Assembly (NCBI GenBank): GCA_039586365.1
Contig: JBDHKN010000093.1
Location: 1 to 30,921 of the forward strand
Source of the DNA: Gemmatimonadota bacterium
GTDB lineage: Bacteria > Gemmatimonadota > Gemmatimonadetes > Gemmatimonadales > GWC2-71-9
Direction of reading: 5' to 3'
Length of the DNA stretch: 30,921 nt
The position numbers and the translations under genes are program-made. Of the stretch, positions 17,626-26,777 are shown piece by piece; within the stretch, counting starts at the first letter, position 1; every line of letters starts with the position of its first letter. A model generated the notes under the pieces. It worked only from the letters and a program-made list of their open reading frames with translations, was not told the DNA's origin and made no database searches.

Positions 17626-18330
17626 ATGACTGAGCGCCGATACAGCGAGGAACAGGTCGCCGCCATCTTCGAGCGGGCCACCGAGATGCAGCAATCCACT
17701 CGGCGTCAGCTCCCTCCGGGCGAGGGTATGACTCTCGCTGACCTGCAGGAGATCGGCCGTGAAGTGGGTATCCCACCCGAGATTGTGGCGCAGGCGGCGA
17801 GAGCGATTGACCAAGGCGGACGCCCGGTGTCACGGACCTTCCTAGGCCTGCCGATCGGCGTCGGACGGACGATCGATCTCGACCGGTGGCTCTCTGAGAA
17901 GGAATGGGAGCGCCTGGTTGTTGATCTGCGCGAGACGTTCGACGCGCGGGGCACGGTGAGATACGATGGTCCCTTCCGCCAGTGGACCAACGGCAACCTG
18001 CAGGCGCTGCTCGAGCCGACCGCGACCGGACACCGGATCTGCCTGCGAACCGTCAAAGGCGATGCCCGTGCCTTCATGACCGCGGGGCTCGGGATCCTCG
18101 GAGTCGCGGCGGCGGTGCTGATCCCTGCGGTGGTGACCGGCCAGCTTGGCGACGCCGCGGCCGCTACGGGATTCCTGGCGGCCGTCGGAGTCGGCATGTT
18201 TGGCGTTGGAGCGCTCCGCCTGCCGGGCTGGGCGCGGCTGCGTCGGCATCAGATGGAGGGTGTGGCCGCACGGCTCGCGCTGGAGGCAAGGTCGCTCCCC
18301 CCCGACGATCCGGCCGCCGAGGAAAGCTGA
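17626..18330 (+). CDS. Hypothetical membrane protein (N-terminal helical domain plus two C-terminal TMs)
   Basis: 234 aa; RYSEEQVAAIFERA...MTLADLQEIGREVGIPPEIVAQAA; two TM segments. Resembles the C-terminal region of the kinase at 24859-26427. Confidence 0.8.
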   Translation: MTERRYSEEQVAAIFERATEMQQSTRRQLPPGEGMTLADLQEIGREVGIPPEIVAQAARAIDQGGRPVSRTFLGLPIGVGRTIDLDRWLSEKEWERLVVDLRETFDARGTVRYDGPFRQWTNGNLQALLEPTATGHRICLRTVKGDARAFMTAGLGILGVAAAVLIPAVVTGQLGDAAAATGFLAAVGVGMFGVGALRLPGWARLRRHQMEGVAARLALEARSLPPDDPAAEES

Positions 18331-18528
18331 GCCTCCGGTAGGCGATTTCCAGCGCCCGGCACCGCAGAGGCGCTCACTTCACCTCTCCACTTTCCGGCGA
18401 GCTAAGATGCGCCAGGGCGGCTGAGCCGGCGCCCCGCTATGTCACAGGCGCGTTAGAGCCGGCGAGCACGGCCGTCTCAAATGAAGGCGCTGATATGAGC
18501 GCAGCAAAGCCACGAGGGGGAAGCGAGC

Positions 18529-19011
18529 ATGGACAATCCGCGACTTCGTGAGATCCTCAATCTTCTCGACCCGCCCGCTGGCAGGCGCTTGTGGTCCGGC
18601 GGGGCCAGGGTCGCCGGTTGTGTTCGCGGTATCACGCCCGAGCAGGCGGCATGGCAGCCGGCTCCCAAGCGGCACTCCGTCTGGGAGCTAACGCTACACC
18701 TGGCATGCGGGGATCATGGCCCTCATCATGGATGGTGCGGACATCACGTCCCCGTGGACCACGATGGACGTATTGGTCGGAAGTGCGACGAATGGCGTGC
18801 TAGTTATGATCTCGAGCTTGAACACGACGTCTTGGCAGGCGTTTTGGAGTTACGACTTACGCAAAGACGCGCCCATTCCGGCTGTCCGGACTCATTCTGG
18901 ATGGCCGAATATACCATCACGATTTCCGATTTCGACATCGCGAGCGCGTTCAAGGTGATTCACGATTATCAGGGCAGTACCGAAAGGATCCCCCTCGAAG
19001 GATCCTTGTAG
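18529..19011 (+). pseudogene. DinB-family N-terminal fragment (18529-18705) fused in frame to an unrelated beta-rich C-terminal piece
   Basis: LWSGG...VRGITPEQAAWQPAPKRHSVWELTLHLA is a typical DinB N-terminus. It stops after the first His helix, and the remainder is unrelated. Confidence 0.55.
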
Positions 19012-19270
19012 CGCAATGTTGAACGAGCCGTCCTGACCAGTTCTCAGGAGCACCGATTGCCAACAGGCGGCGCTGGTTGGCAATCGCAGTCATAGACTGT
19101 TGTACTGCGCTGACAGGCGCGCGGAGGCAAATATGCCGCTCCGTGTGGCGCCCCTCAAGATCCTTAGGGATCGACCTCTCTTCCAGAGCCATATTCGACT
19201 CTTCCGAGGCTTCGCGTCCGCGAGGCTACGAGCCACGCTCGGCGCTTTCTTTTTGAGGGCAAGCGGCCCT

Positions 19271-19393
19271 GGGGGCTGGCTCTTCGGCGAGGTTCTTCAC
19301 GATGCGGGACTCGAGTTTGATGCATACGGCTATCTGGAACCGGCACGTGAGGCGTATCAGAGGGCACTTGACTGGCACCGAAGTCAATCAGCG
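19271..19393 (+). pseudogene. TPR-like remnant of a kinase/TPR signalling protein
   Basis: GEVLHDAGLEFDAYGYLEPAREAYQRALDWHRSQ is a TPR-like helix pair with no credible start or flanking domain. Confidence 0.4.
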
Positions 19394-19464
19394 CCGCGGC
19401 CCCCCGAAGAGTGTTGGGACCGTCGTCCGGAGCAAGTCGGCGGCTCAAGCGCCATATTCCCTAC

Positions 19465-20031
19465 ATGCCCCGACGTGGATTCTCACATGTGGTGGGATTC
19501 GATGACTGCCCGTTCGAGCGCGAACACCGAGGTGACGTAGCCGTCATCGGTGCCGTCTTCGCAAACTCGAGGCTGGAAGGGGTCCTGCGTGGTAGCGTGC
19601 GGCGTGATGGGGCCAATTCCACCCGTAATCTGGTGAGGCTGATCGCCGACTCCAAGTACGCGGACCAACTCCAGCTCGTCATGCTCCAAGGCATAGCTTT
19701 CGCGGGCTTCAACGTCGTCGACCTACCCAGGCTCCACCGAGAGCTTGACCTGCCGGTCCTTGTGGTGGTTCGCAGACGTCCTCGGCTGGACCGAGTGCGC
19801 AGTGCCCTGGGGCGGGTGCGTGGGGGTACCCGCAAGTGGGCCTTGATTGAGCGACTGAGCCCGCCCGAGCCGGTAGGCAGCGTGTTCGTGCAGCGTGTTG
19901 GACTCTCGCTGGCCGAGGCCGCGGGCGCCATCGCACGGCACGCAGTGCACGGTACGATTCCGGAGCCACTGCGCACGGCTCATCTGATCGCCGGGGGAAT
20001 CGCGGCGGGCCAGAGCCGAGGGAGGACCTAG
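19465..20031 (+). CDS. DUF99-family protein (endonuclease V-like fold)
   Basis: VVGFDDCPF, VRRDGANST, LQGIAFAGFNVVD, IPEPLRTAHLIAGG. Confidence 0.88.
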   Translation: MPRRGFSHVVGFDDCPFEREHRGDVAVIGAVFANSRLEGVLRGSVRRDGANSTRNLVRLIADSKYADQLQLVMLQGIAFAGFNVVDLPRLHRELDLPVLVVVRRRPRLDRVRSALGRVRGGTRKWALIERLSPPEPVGSVFVQRVGLSLAEAAGAIARHAVHGTIPEPLRTAHLIAGGIAAGQSRGRT

Positions 20032-20298
20032 CGCCTCGGGCGGACGAGCCACGTCATGCAGAGGGATCCCCTACGTTACTACCGAGGCCTGCACCGATCC
20101 TGAGCTGTTCTTCGAACTGACCAGCGTTGCCGGCAATCGTGACAAAGCCTTCCACATGGAGTAGCGCGCGCCAGTAGTCCTTCAGAATCACGAATACGCA
20201 GACCAGCTTCTCAATAGGGGGGTCGGTTGGCTTGCCAACAATCTGCTTGCTACCCTGGAAGCGGATGTACACAAAGCTGCGGAAATCTTCTTGGCCCC

Positions 20299-23200
20299 CT
20301 ACCGCACCTCCGGATCGAAATTCTCGATCATCCAGGCATCCGACACCGACTCGACGACATTGCACAGCAGGGCTAGGCTGGCGGGGCGCTCGACGGGAAT
20401 ACAATCGGCGGCGCCGTCGAACGGCACCCTGGCAACGACCCTGCCGTCGCCGCCTAACACCGGAACGAGGAGAATATCGTTGGAGCCCCGCTCTCGCACG
20501 TAGATGGATTGGCCGTTCGCTGCCCATCCCAGCGGGTCGGCGCGGCCGGCGTACTCCAGGGAAATGACCCAGGTGCCGCGCACCTCTACTCGGTCTACTC
20601 GATTCCAGAAGACGGCAACGCGTGCCCCGTTGGGGGAGGAGTGAGGAAACGCCACCCAGCCCACGGAGTCTTCGATGACGAGCAGCTCCTCCGCCTCGGT
20701 CTCCGGATCGAGCAGGTGGAGGTCTCGGTCGTCGGCCCAGGAGTACACGATGTGCCTACCCGGTGCCCATGCGAGGCCGTTTTCACCCATCTCGGTCCTT
20801 TGGTACGCGCGCACCTGCCCGCGATCGAGGAGAATCGTTTGCACCTCTACCTTGCCACCTCTCCGGGCACCGAACGCCAGCGCAGTCCCGTCGGGAGACC
20901 ACACCGGGCCGACCACAGCCTCGCCGCGCGACGTGACACGCCTCGGCGTCCCCCCGGCGGTGGAGACCACGTACACGTCCCCCTCCGTTCGCTCAAACTG
21001 GATATACGCAACCCACTTCCCATCGGGGGAGAGTCGAGGAGGGGATTTCGAAGCTGTACCTTGGGTGAGTTGCACGGTGGTGAATTGAGTGCCGTCACCC
21101 CGTTCGCTTGCCGTCGCCAGCCACACGTTTGAGTGGCTCTGCACTTTGGTAAGTGCGAGTGTGCGGCCGTCCCCCGTGAGGCTCACCCCGGGTTTGTAAG
21201 GCCGCCCGCGACCAGCGTCAAGCCCAGCTTGCAGCACCACGGGAGTGCCTCGGGCCCGTCCGTCGGGTGCGACGCGCACCTTCCGTAGTTCATCGCCGCG
21301 CAGGTAGTAGACCGCACCCCCGGACGGTGCCCAGCGCGGCCCGGCCAGCATCACCGTGTCCCGCACCAGTCGCTGCCAGCCGGACCCATCCACCGCCACC
21401 GTCCACAGGTGGTAGCTCGACTGCACGCTGGACACCAAGGCAATGAACCTGCCGTTCGGCGACCAGTCACCCGAATACAGGAAGGCTCCCACCGAGTCAG
21501 GCGTCTCCACCGAGAAGGTGTCATCCATGGCGAGTTTGGTGAACCGGATCGGGTTGACACCATCGGCGGACCCCTCCCGCCAGTGAGCTACTTGTGACCC
21601 GTCGGACGCCCAGGCGACGTACGCGACCACGCCGGAGAGCGGACGTGGTGGGCCACCCAGCCTGGGGTACGTCACGGTCACGTTGCGGCCAGTGCTGTCA
21701 AACCCCGCAAACAGCAGCGCAGCGCCATCGGGTGACCACCGGAGGGAGCCGACGACTCCGATTGCAGCGATCTCGATGACCGTCCCTCCCGTCAGGTCCT
21801 TCACGAACAGCCGACTCGGGTCGTCCTGCTCCACGTAGGCCAGCAGGTCGCCGTCCGGTGAGATCTCCGTCTGGATCACGTTCCCGCTGAATGTGAGTTG
21901 GGTGTGACGCGCAGCTGGAGCCCCGCCCCGGCCGGCACCACCTCGCACCATGATCACGGCGCTGGCAGCGGCGATGATGATCACGCTCGCCGTTGCGACC
22001 GCGATGGCCCTGCGAGATGCCGGGGCCACCGCGCCGGTCGCTTGTCGTGGTTCGCTCGGTGCAACGCCCCCGCTTGGCGTGGCAACGGCCTCGAGCTCGG
22101 CCAGCAGCTCACCCGCAGTGTCCCACCGATCGGCCGGCTTCTTCTCGAGACAGCGCATGATTGCCTGTGAGAGACGCACCGGTGCGTCCGGCCGAAGCTC
22201 GCTGAGCGGCCGCGGTCGCTCCAGGACGTGGGATGCGAGCATCGCCTGCGAGTCGTCCCCGGTGAAGGGCGGTTGCCCTGCCAGCATCTCGTACAAGACG
22301 CACCCGAAGCTGTACAGGTCGTGCCGGTGGTCGACTTCACTGCTCCCAGATACCTGTTCCGGGCTCATGTAGCCTGGTGTGCCCATTACCATGCCTGATC
22401 GAGTAAGTCGAGCGGCACCTGCCGCGCTGACGGCACGCGCGATGCCAAAGTCCGCCACGAGCGCGTGATCGCCCGACAGCAGGATGTTCTCTGGCTTCAC
22501 GTCACGATGCACGACACCCTGGCCATGCGCGTAATGCAACGCCTGGGCCACGTCACGCGCATACGTCAGGGCGTCGTCGAGCGGCAGCTGTCCTTCCCGG
22601 TCCAGCCGACCCCTGAGGGACTCGCCTTGGATGAGCGGCATGACGAAGTAGAGCTGGCCAGCGGCGGATCCCGAGTCGTACACCGGCACGATATGCGGAT
22701 GGGTCAGGTTCGCGGCGATCTTGATCTCCCGCAGAAACCGCTCCGCGCCCGGGTGAGCTGACAGACCGGCATGCATGACCTTCACCGCGACATTCCGCTC
22801 ATGTCGGAGATCGCGAGCCCGATAAACGGTGGCCATTCCCCCGGATCCGATCTCCAGGCCGAGTCGATACCGATCGGCCAGCGCGCCCGTGAGCTGCGGT
22901 TGCGCCGATGACGTCGCAGAGACGGCCGACGGAGCGACAAACGGCTCGCGGGTGGGCTGAGGCATGTTCGACGCCACGGGCTCGCTCCGCTCCCGGACGT
23001 TTTCGATGAGTGCTTTGGTCTCCGGTGAGGGATCGAGTTCCAGCTCGAGCGCCACCCGTCGGGCGAAGGTCTCGTACTCACGGACCGCACCCGCTCGATC
23101 GCCGAGCCGGTCAAGCAGCTTGATGACGCGCCGCAACAACCGTTCGTCCAGCGGCGCCAGGTTCCTGGCGTGCCGACTCCACCGACCCGCCTCGACCGTG

Positions 23201-23703
23201 TGCCGCAGCCCCGCCTCCTGGTCGGCCAATTCCCACGCGGCCGTGGATGCCCGTTGCCTGAGGTGCTTGCGTCGCTCGTCGAGCCAGCGCTCGAACTCCG
23301 GTGCATCCGGCACGTACAGGCCCTCGAGCAGGTCCCCACGATAGAGCTCCAAGGCGCCGGCTCGATCGCCGCCGGCTAACGCGTCTTCGAACCCCGCGAC
23401 GTCGGACCAGAACTGCTCTTCTGACACCGCCACCTCATCGTCGCCCCGAGTCACCACGACCGTTTCGCCCAGGAACAGGCGCAGGCGGTAGAGGGACTGT
23501 CGCACGGCGCTCCGGGCCCGCTCCTGGCTCAGCTCCGGCCAGAAGCATCCGATCAAGGAGTCGCGTCGGTGGAAGCCTCGGCTGGCGCCCGCGCTCAAGA
23601 AGGCGAGCAGGCCAAGCAGCTTCGGCCGAGCCAGCACGGCCTGGGTATCGGTGCCTTCGGGGCCCACGAGCCGAGCCGGGCCGAGCGCTCGAAACTCGAT
23701 CAT
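20299..23703 (-). CDS. SARP/BTAD transcriptional-activator domain + Ser/Thr kinase + TM + TolB/PD40 beta-propeller fusion
   Basis: N-terminus RALG...RRDSLIGCFWPE...LYRGDLLEGL...FERWLD...PSPET; kinase GSGGMATVY, AVKV, HRDVKPENIL, DFG, GTPGYMSPEQ; TM AIAVATASVIIIAAASAVIMV; repeated WSPDG motifs. Confidence 0.9.
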   Translation of the reverse strand: MIEFRALGPARLVGPEGTDTQAVLARPKLLGLLAFLSAGASRGFHRRDSLIGCFWPELSQERARSAVRQSLYRLRLFLGETVVVTRGDDEVAVSEEQFWSDVAGFEDALAGGDRAGALELYRGDLLEGLYVPDAPEFERWLDERRKHLRQRASTAAWELADQEAGLRHTVEAGRWSRHARNLAPLDERLLRRVIKLLDRLGDRAGAVREYETFARRVALELELDPSPETKALIENVRERSEPVASNMPQPTREPFVAPSAVSATSSAQPQLTGALADRYRLGLEIGSGGMATVYRARDLRHERNVAVKVMHAGLSAHPGAERFLREIKIAANLTHPHIVPVYDSGSAAGQLYFVMPLIQGESLRGRLDREGQLPLDDALTYARDVAQALHYAHGQGVVHRDVKPENILLSGDHALVADFGIARAVSAAGAARLTRSGMVMGTPGYMSPEQVSGSSEVDHRHDLYSFGCVLYEMLAGQPPFTGDDSQAMLASHVLERPRPLSELRPDAPVRLSQAIMRCLEKKPADRWDTAGELLAELEAVATPSGGVAPSEPRQATGAVAPASRRAIAVATASVIIIAAASAVIMVRGGAGRGGAPAARHTQLTFSGNVIQTEISPDGDLLAYVEQDDPSRLFVKDLTGGTVIEIAAIGVVGSLRWSPDGAALLFAGFDSTGRNVTVTYPRLGGPPRPLSGVVAYVAWASDGSQVAHWREGSADGVNPIRFTKLAMDDTFSVETPDSVGAFLYSGDWSPNGRFIALVSSVQSSYHLWTVAVDGSGWQRLVRDTVMLAGPRWAPSGGAVYYLRGDELRKVRVAPDGRARGTPVVLQAGLDAGRGRPYKPGVSLTGDGRTLALTKVQSHSNVWLATASERGDGTQFTTVQLTQGTASKSPPRLSPDGKWVAYIQFERTEGDVYVVSTAGGTPRRVTSRGEAVVGPVWSPDGTALAFGARRGGKVEVQTILLDRGQVRAYQRTEMGENGLAWAPGRHIVYSWADDRDLHLLDPETEAEELLVIEDSVGWVAFPHSSPNGARVAVFWNRVDRVEVRGTWVISLEYAGRADPLGWAANGQSIYVRERGSNDILLVPVLGGDGRVVARVPFDGAADCIPVERPASLALLCNVVESVSDAWMIENFDPEVR

Positions 23704-23828
23704 CGGTGGCGGGATCCTCCTGGGAGACTGCAGGGAGACAGTGGTGAGACGTGGTCCGCCTATCCTGCCGCAAAGATAGGACGGCCACGAACCAGTGGCA
23801 AACGAGCACCCGTTACGAGGAGGCTACC

Positions 23829-24329
23829 ATGAAACGGACACTGACCTTGGGCGGAATCGCCCTCGCGCTGGCTTTGGGGACCAGCTGCGGTGACGTCGAG
23901 ATCAATGGGCCCGACTGGCCGAAATGGCCACGACCGGACGACGCGGCCAGCGATGTGCGGGTGTCCTGGGAGTGGCGCGGTCAGGTCGCCGCGGGACACC
24001 ACGTCGAAATCAAGAGCCTCTTCGGAGAATTCCGCTGGGTGCGGACCGCGGGAACCGAGGTGGTGGTCAAGGCGACCAAGATCGGCGCGCGCGACGCGGT
24101 GGCCAACGTGAGCATCGACGTCGTGCCGCACGAAGCCGGCGTCACGATCTGCGCCGTGTACCCGGACGTGCCGGGGCACGCCCCGAACACGTGCGAGCCT
24201 GGTAACGCCGGGAACATGACCGTGTGGGACGGGGGACGCGGCGTAGTCCGGGTCGACTTCCTGGTCTACGTCCCGGACGGGGTGGTCCTGATCACCAAGA
24301 GCCTCATGGGCGAACAGGGTGGCATTTAG
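23829..24329 (+). CDS. Lipoprotein with a DUF4097/adhesin-like beta-strand region, apparently C-terminally truncated
   Basis: RBS GAGGAGG, lipobox GTSC, WEWRGQV...VEIK...VTICAVYP...VDFLVYVPDGV. The ORF ends right after KSLMGE, where beta-repeats would normally continue. Confidence 0.65.
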   Translation: MKRTLTLGGIALALALGTSCGDVEINGPDWPKWPRPDDAASDVRVSWEWRGQVAAGHHVEIKSLFGEFRWVRTAGTEVVVKATKIGARDAVANVSIDVVPHEAGVTICAVYPDVPGHAPNTCEPGNAGNMTVWDGGRGVVRVDFLVYVPDGVVLITKSLMGEQGGI

Positions 24330-24465
24330 CCGAAGAGCGATTAGAGCGCCCCACTTATGACGGCACCTTCGACGGGACACTCAGCGGTTCCTTCGGCCGT
24401 AAGGTGCTCAGCTGGTGGCTGGATCCGCGTGATCTGTGTTTCTGTCTGCGCGATCTGTGGCCCTA

Positions 24466-24507
24466 GGATAGGTGGCCGAGTGGTCGAAGGCGCGCGCCTG
24501 GAGAGCG
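24466..24507 (+). pseudogene. 5' half of a tRNA-Ser(GGA) (tRNA fragment / possible att scar)
   Basis: GGATAGG-TGGCCGAGTGGTCGAAGGCG-CGCGC-CTGGAGA-GCG, then the similarity ends. No variable arm, T arm or 3' acceptor strand follows. Confidence 0.7.
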
Positions 24508-24591
24508 ACCGAGTGGCCTGTCAGACTGTGATCAACCATCACACTTCATTCGAAGAACTGCACCATCTGTGACACTCGCCATCATTCTAGA

Positions 24592-24828
24592 TTTCAGATC
24601 CTCGGACGCGAGGTTGCGGGCAGCGTTGCAGGTTGGGTTGGCGGCGGTCTCATCGGTATCGCCATGGCGTTGGGGTTCGGCGCGGTCGAGGCGGGCATGG
24701 TGCCCCTATTCGGAATCAGCTTCTCGCTGGCGGGCGCATACATCGTACACCGTTCGGTATACGAGAACACGGTCATTCAGCGCAAGCGGGAGCTGGAGCA
24801 GATAGTGCAGAGGGCGGTGGGATCGTAG
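24592..24828 (+). pseudogene. C-terminal two-TM remnant paralogous to the C-terminus of the adjacent kinase
   Basis: FQILGREVAGSVAGWVGGGLIGIAMALG...LAGAYIV...RKRELEQIV* aligns by eye with IELRGASIFAPGWGAAGGGLVGLGVA...FAGAFLA...RPQLEELA. An in-frame stop lies upstream at 24529. Confidence 0.55.
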
Positions 24829-24840
24829 GGAGCAAGTGGT

Positions 24841-24875
24841 CTCGTCAATCGTCACTCGTCACTCGTCACTCGTCA
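24841..24875. repeat. Heptamer tandem repeat (CTCGTCA x5)
   Basis: ctcgtca atcgtca ctcgtca ctcgtca ctcgtca, overlapping the kinase stop codon. Confidence 0.85.
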
Positions 24876-26427
24876 GCTCCCGCACCCCGATCTCCTCAAG
24901 CCGGTCGGCCAACTCCTCGAGCTGGGGGCGATAGTGATTGGCCATCCCTTTCGGCAGACCGGTGGCGGCAAGGAATGCGCCCGCGAACACGAACGGCAAG
25001 ATCACGGCCGCCATAGCGCCTCCCTCAGGTACTGCCAAAGCCGTGGCGACTCCCAGTCCAACCAGCCCGCCACCAGCGGCACCCCAGCCGGGAGCGAAGA
25101 TCGAGGCTCCGCGCAGTTCGATGTGCTCTTCAATATGAACCTGGGTGCGGCCGGATGCCGTGGTGAGGGATATGCGCACGTCGCGTCCCATGAAACCAGG
25201 CTTCGTGCCCGACCAGTGCAATGAGCTACCCACTGACGAGAGATTCCCTACGAACCCCAGCCGCGTGTTGATCTCGTGCACCATCATTTCAACCGTGGAT
25301 TCCGACAACTCGCCCGGAATGGTGCGCTCCACAACGAGGCGGCCCTTCTCGAAGGTCGATGTCGAGTAGTCACGTGAGCGTGATGCCGGAATTGCATCTG
25401 CAGGACCGCGCGAGATCTCCTTCGCTGCTTCCCTCAACCTTGCCGGAGCGATCCCGACCTGGGCTGCAATCTGCTCGACTCCACCCATTGACAGCGCACT
25501 TTCTTCGTGGTCTGTCGGCCGCTCTGCCTGTCTATCCGCGGCCCTGCCAATCAGCTCCCGAACCTCCGAGTCCGACAGTCTCTTCGTAGGCTCTGCTGCG
25601 GCCGCCAGAGCATCCGCGAATTCCATCGGTTTGGCGAAGCGCTCCGACTGCCGCATCGCGAGGCCCTTGACGAGGACCTGCTCTATCCTGCCGGGCAGTC
25701 GATCGAGCCTCTCTCTATGCTGCGGCAGGATCTCGTCGAACCGGCCGAGGCGAACCTCGTCGGGAACCGGCCACACACCCGGTGTCTCACCGATCAACAT
25801 CTCGTATACGACGCAGGCCAGGCCGCAGACGTCGGTTCGCGGGTCCAGATCCGTGCGACCACCGGCCTGCTCCGGGCTCATGTAACCCGGTGTGCCGAGC
25901 GGGAAGCCGCTTCGGGTCAGTCCAACCGAACCCGCCGAGCTCACCGCCCTGGCGATGCCGAAGTCGGCGACGACGGCTTCACCCTCGGAGAAGAGTATGT
26001 TCTCCGGTTTCACGTCCCTGTGAATCACGCCTTGCCTGTGCGCGTGGGATAACGCTGCGGCGACCGCCCTGGTAATGGCGTGAACGGCTTCGATCGGCAG
26101 CCGCTTCTGTTCACTGAGTCGGAGGCGGAGCGATCCGCCCTCGACGTATGGCATCACGTAGTAGAGCAACCCGTCGGCCTCTCCACAGTCGAACAACGGC
26201 AGGATATTGGGATGTGTGAGCTTGGCCGCGATCTCGATCTCGCGCAGGAACCGTCCTGCGCCGAGTGACGCAGCCAATTCTGGAAGCAGAACCTTCAGCG
26301 CCACTCGACGATCCAACTTCCTGTCGTGCGCCAGGTAGACGACCGCCATGCCGCCGCGCCCGATCTCGCGTTCGACGGTGAATCGATCGGCCAGAGCCGT
26401 GTTCAGACGGTCGAGCAGGTCGTTCAT
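24859..26427 (-). CDS. Ser/Thr protein kinase with a C-terminal helical domain and two TMs
   Basis: GRGGMAVVY, ALKVL, HRDVKPENIL, DFG, GTPGYMSPEQ; C-terminus RLSDSEVRELIGRA...VEQIAAQVGIAP plus two TMs. Confidence 0.92.
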   Translation of the reverse strand: MNDLLDRLNTALADRFTVEREIGRGGMAVVYLAHDRKLDRRVALKVLLPELAASLGAGRFLREIEIAAKLTHPNILPLFDCGEADGLLYYVMPYVEGGSLRLRLSEQKRLPIEAVHAITRAVAAALSHAHRQGVIHRDVKPENILFSEGEAVVADFGIARAVSSAGSVGLTRSGFPLGTPGYMSPEQAGGRTDLDPRTDVCGLACVVYEMLIGETPGVWPVPDEVRLGRFDEILPQHRERLDRLPGRIEQVLVKGLAMRQSERFAKPMEFADALAAAAEPTKRLSDSEVRELIGRAADRQAERPTDHEESALSMGGVEQIAAQVGIAPARLREAAKEISRGPADAIPASRSRDYSTSTFEKGRLVVERTIPGELSESTVEMMVHEINTRLGFVGNLSSVGSSLHWSGTKPGFMGRDVRISLTTASGRTQVHIEEHIELRGASIFAPGWGAAGGGLVGLGVATALAVPEGGAMAAVILPFVFAGAFLAATGLPKGMANHYRPQLEELADRLEEIGVRELTSDE

Positions 26428-26636
26428 CTATTCACCTGTTCCGATGGTGCGGATGTAAGATGGTATGCGGGATAGATAGAGGCCAGGAGTTCGCCCCCGC
26501 GCGACTGCGAGCCGCCGCGTGGTCACGAATCTCAGGGTCGCCATACGCGGCAAAGCGTATTGCCGGCTTTTCGCCGTCGCCTGCCCGCAGCACAACGCGG
26601 GTAGGCGAGCGCTGGGAGGTTCCTCAGTTCTTGGCT

Positions 26637-26777
26637 CGGAATTATGAGAGTCGTGTGGCGGAGTGATATGGGATGGCGGGAAGACAACAGAGTACCCATC
26701 CCACCAGCACCCAGCCGAGATTCAGCAAACCAAGACTCGGCGAGAGCTCTCTCCACTTGGTCCAGCAGGTAAGCCAT
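26637..26777 (-). pseudogene. Degenerate N-terminal remnant of a Ser/Thr kinase
   Basis: MAYLLDQVERALAESWFAESRLGAGGMGTL compared with MNDLLDRLNTALADRFTVEREIGRGGMAVV in the neighbouring kinase. No catalytic motifs follow. Confidence 0.55.

Noticed and set aside
18330..19100. Integron attC sites explaining the cassette-like layout
   Set aside because: No paired RYYYAAC/GTTRRRY boxes with proper spacing at gene ends, gene orientations are mixed, and there is no integrase.
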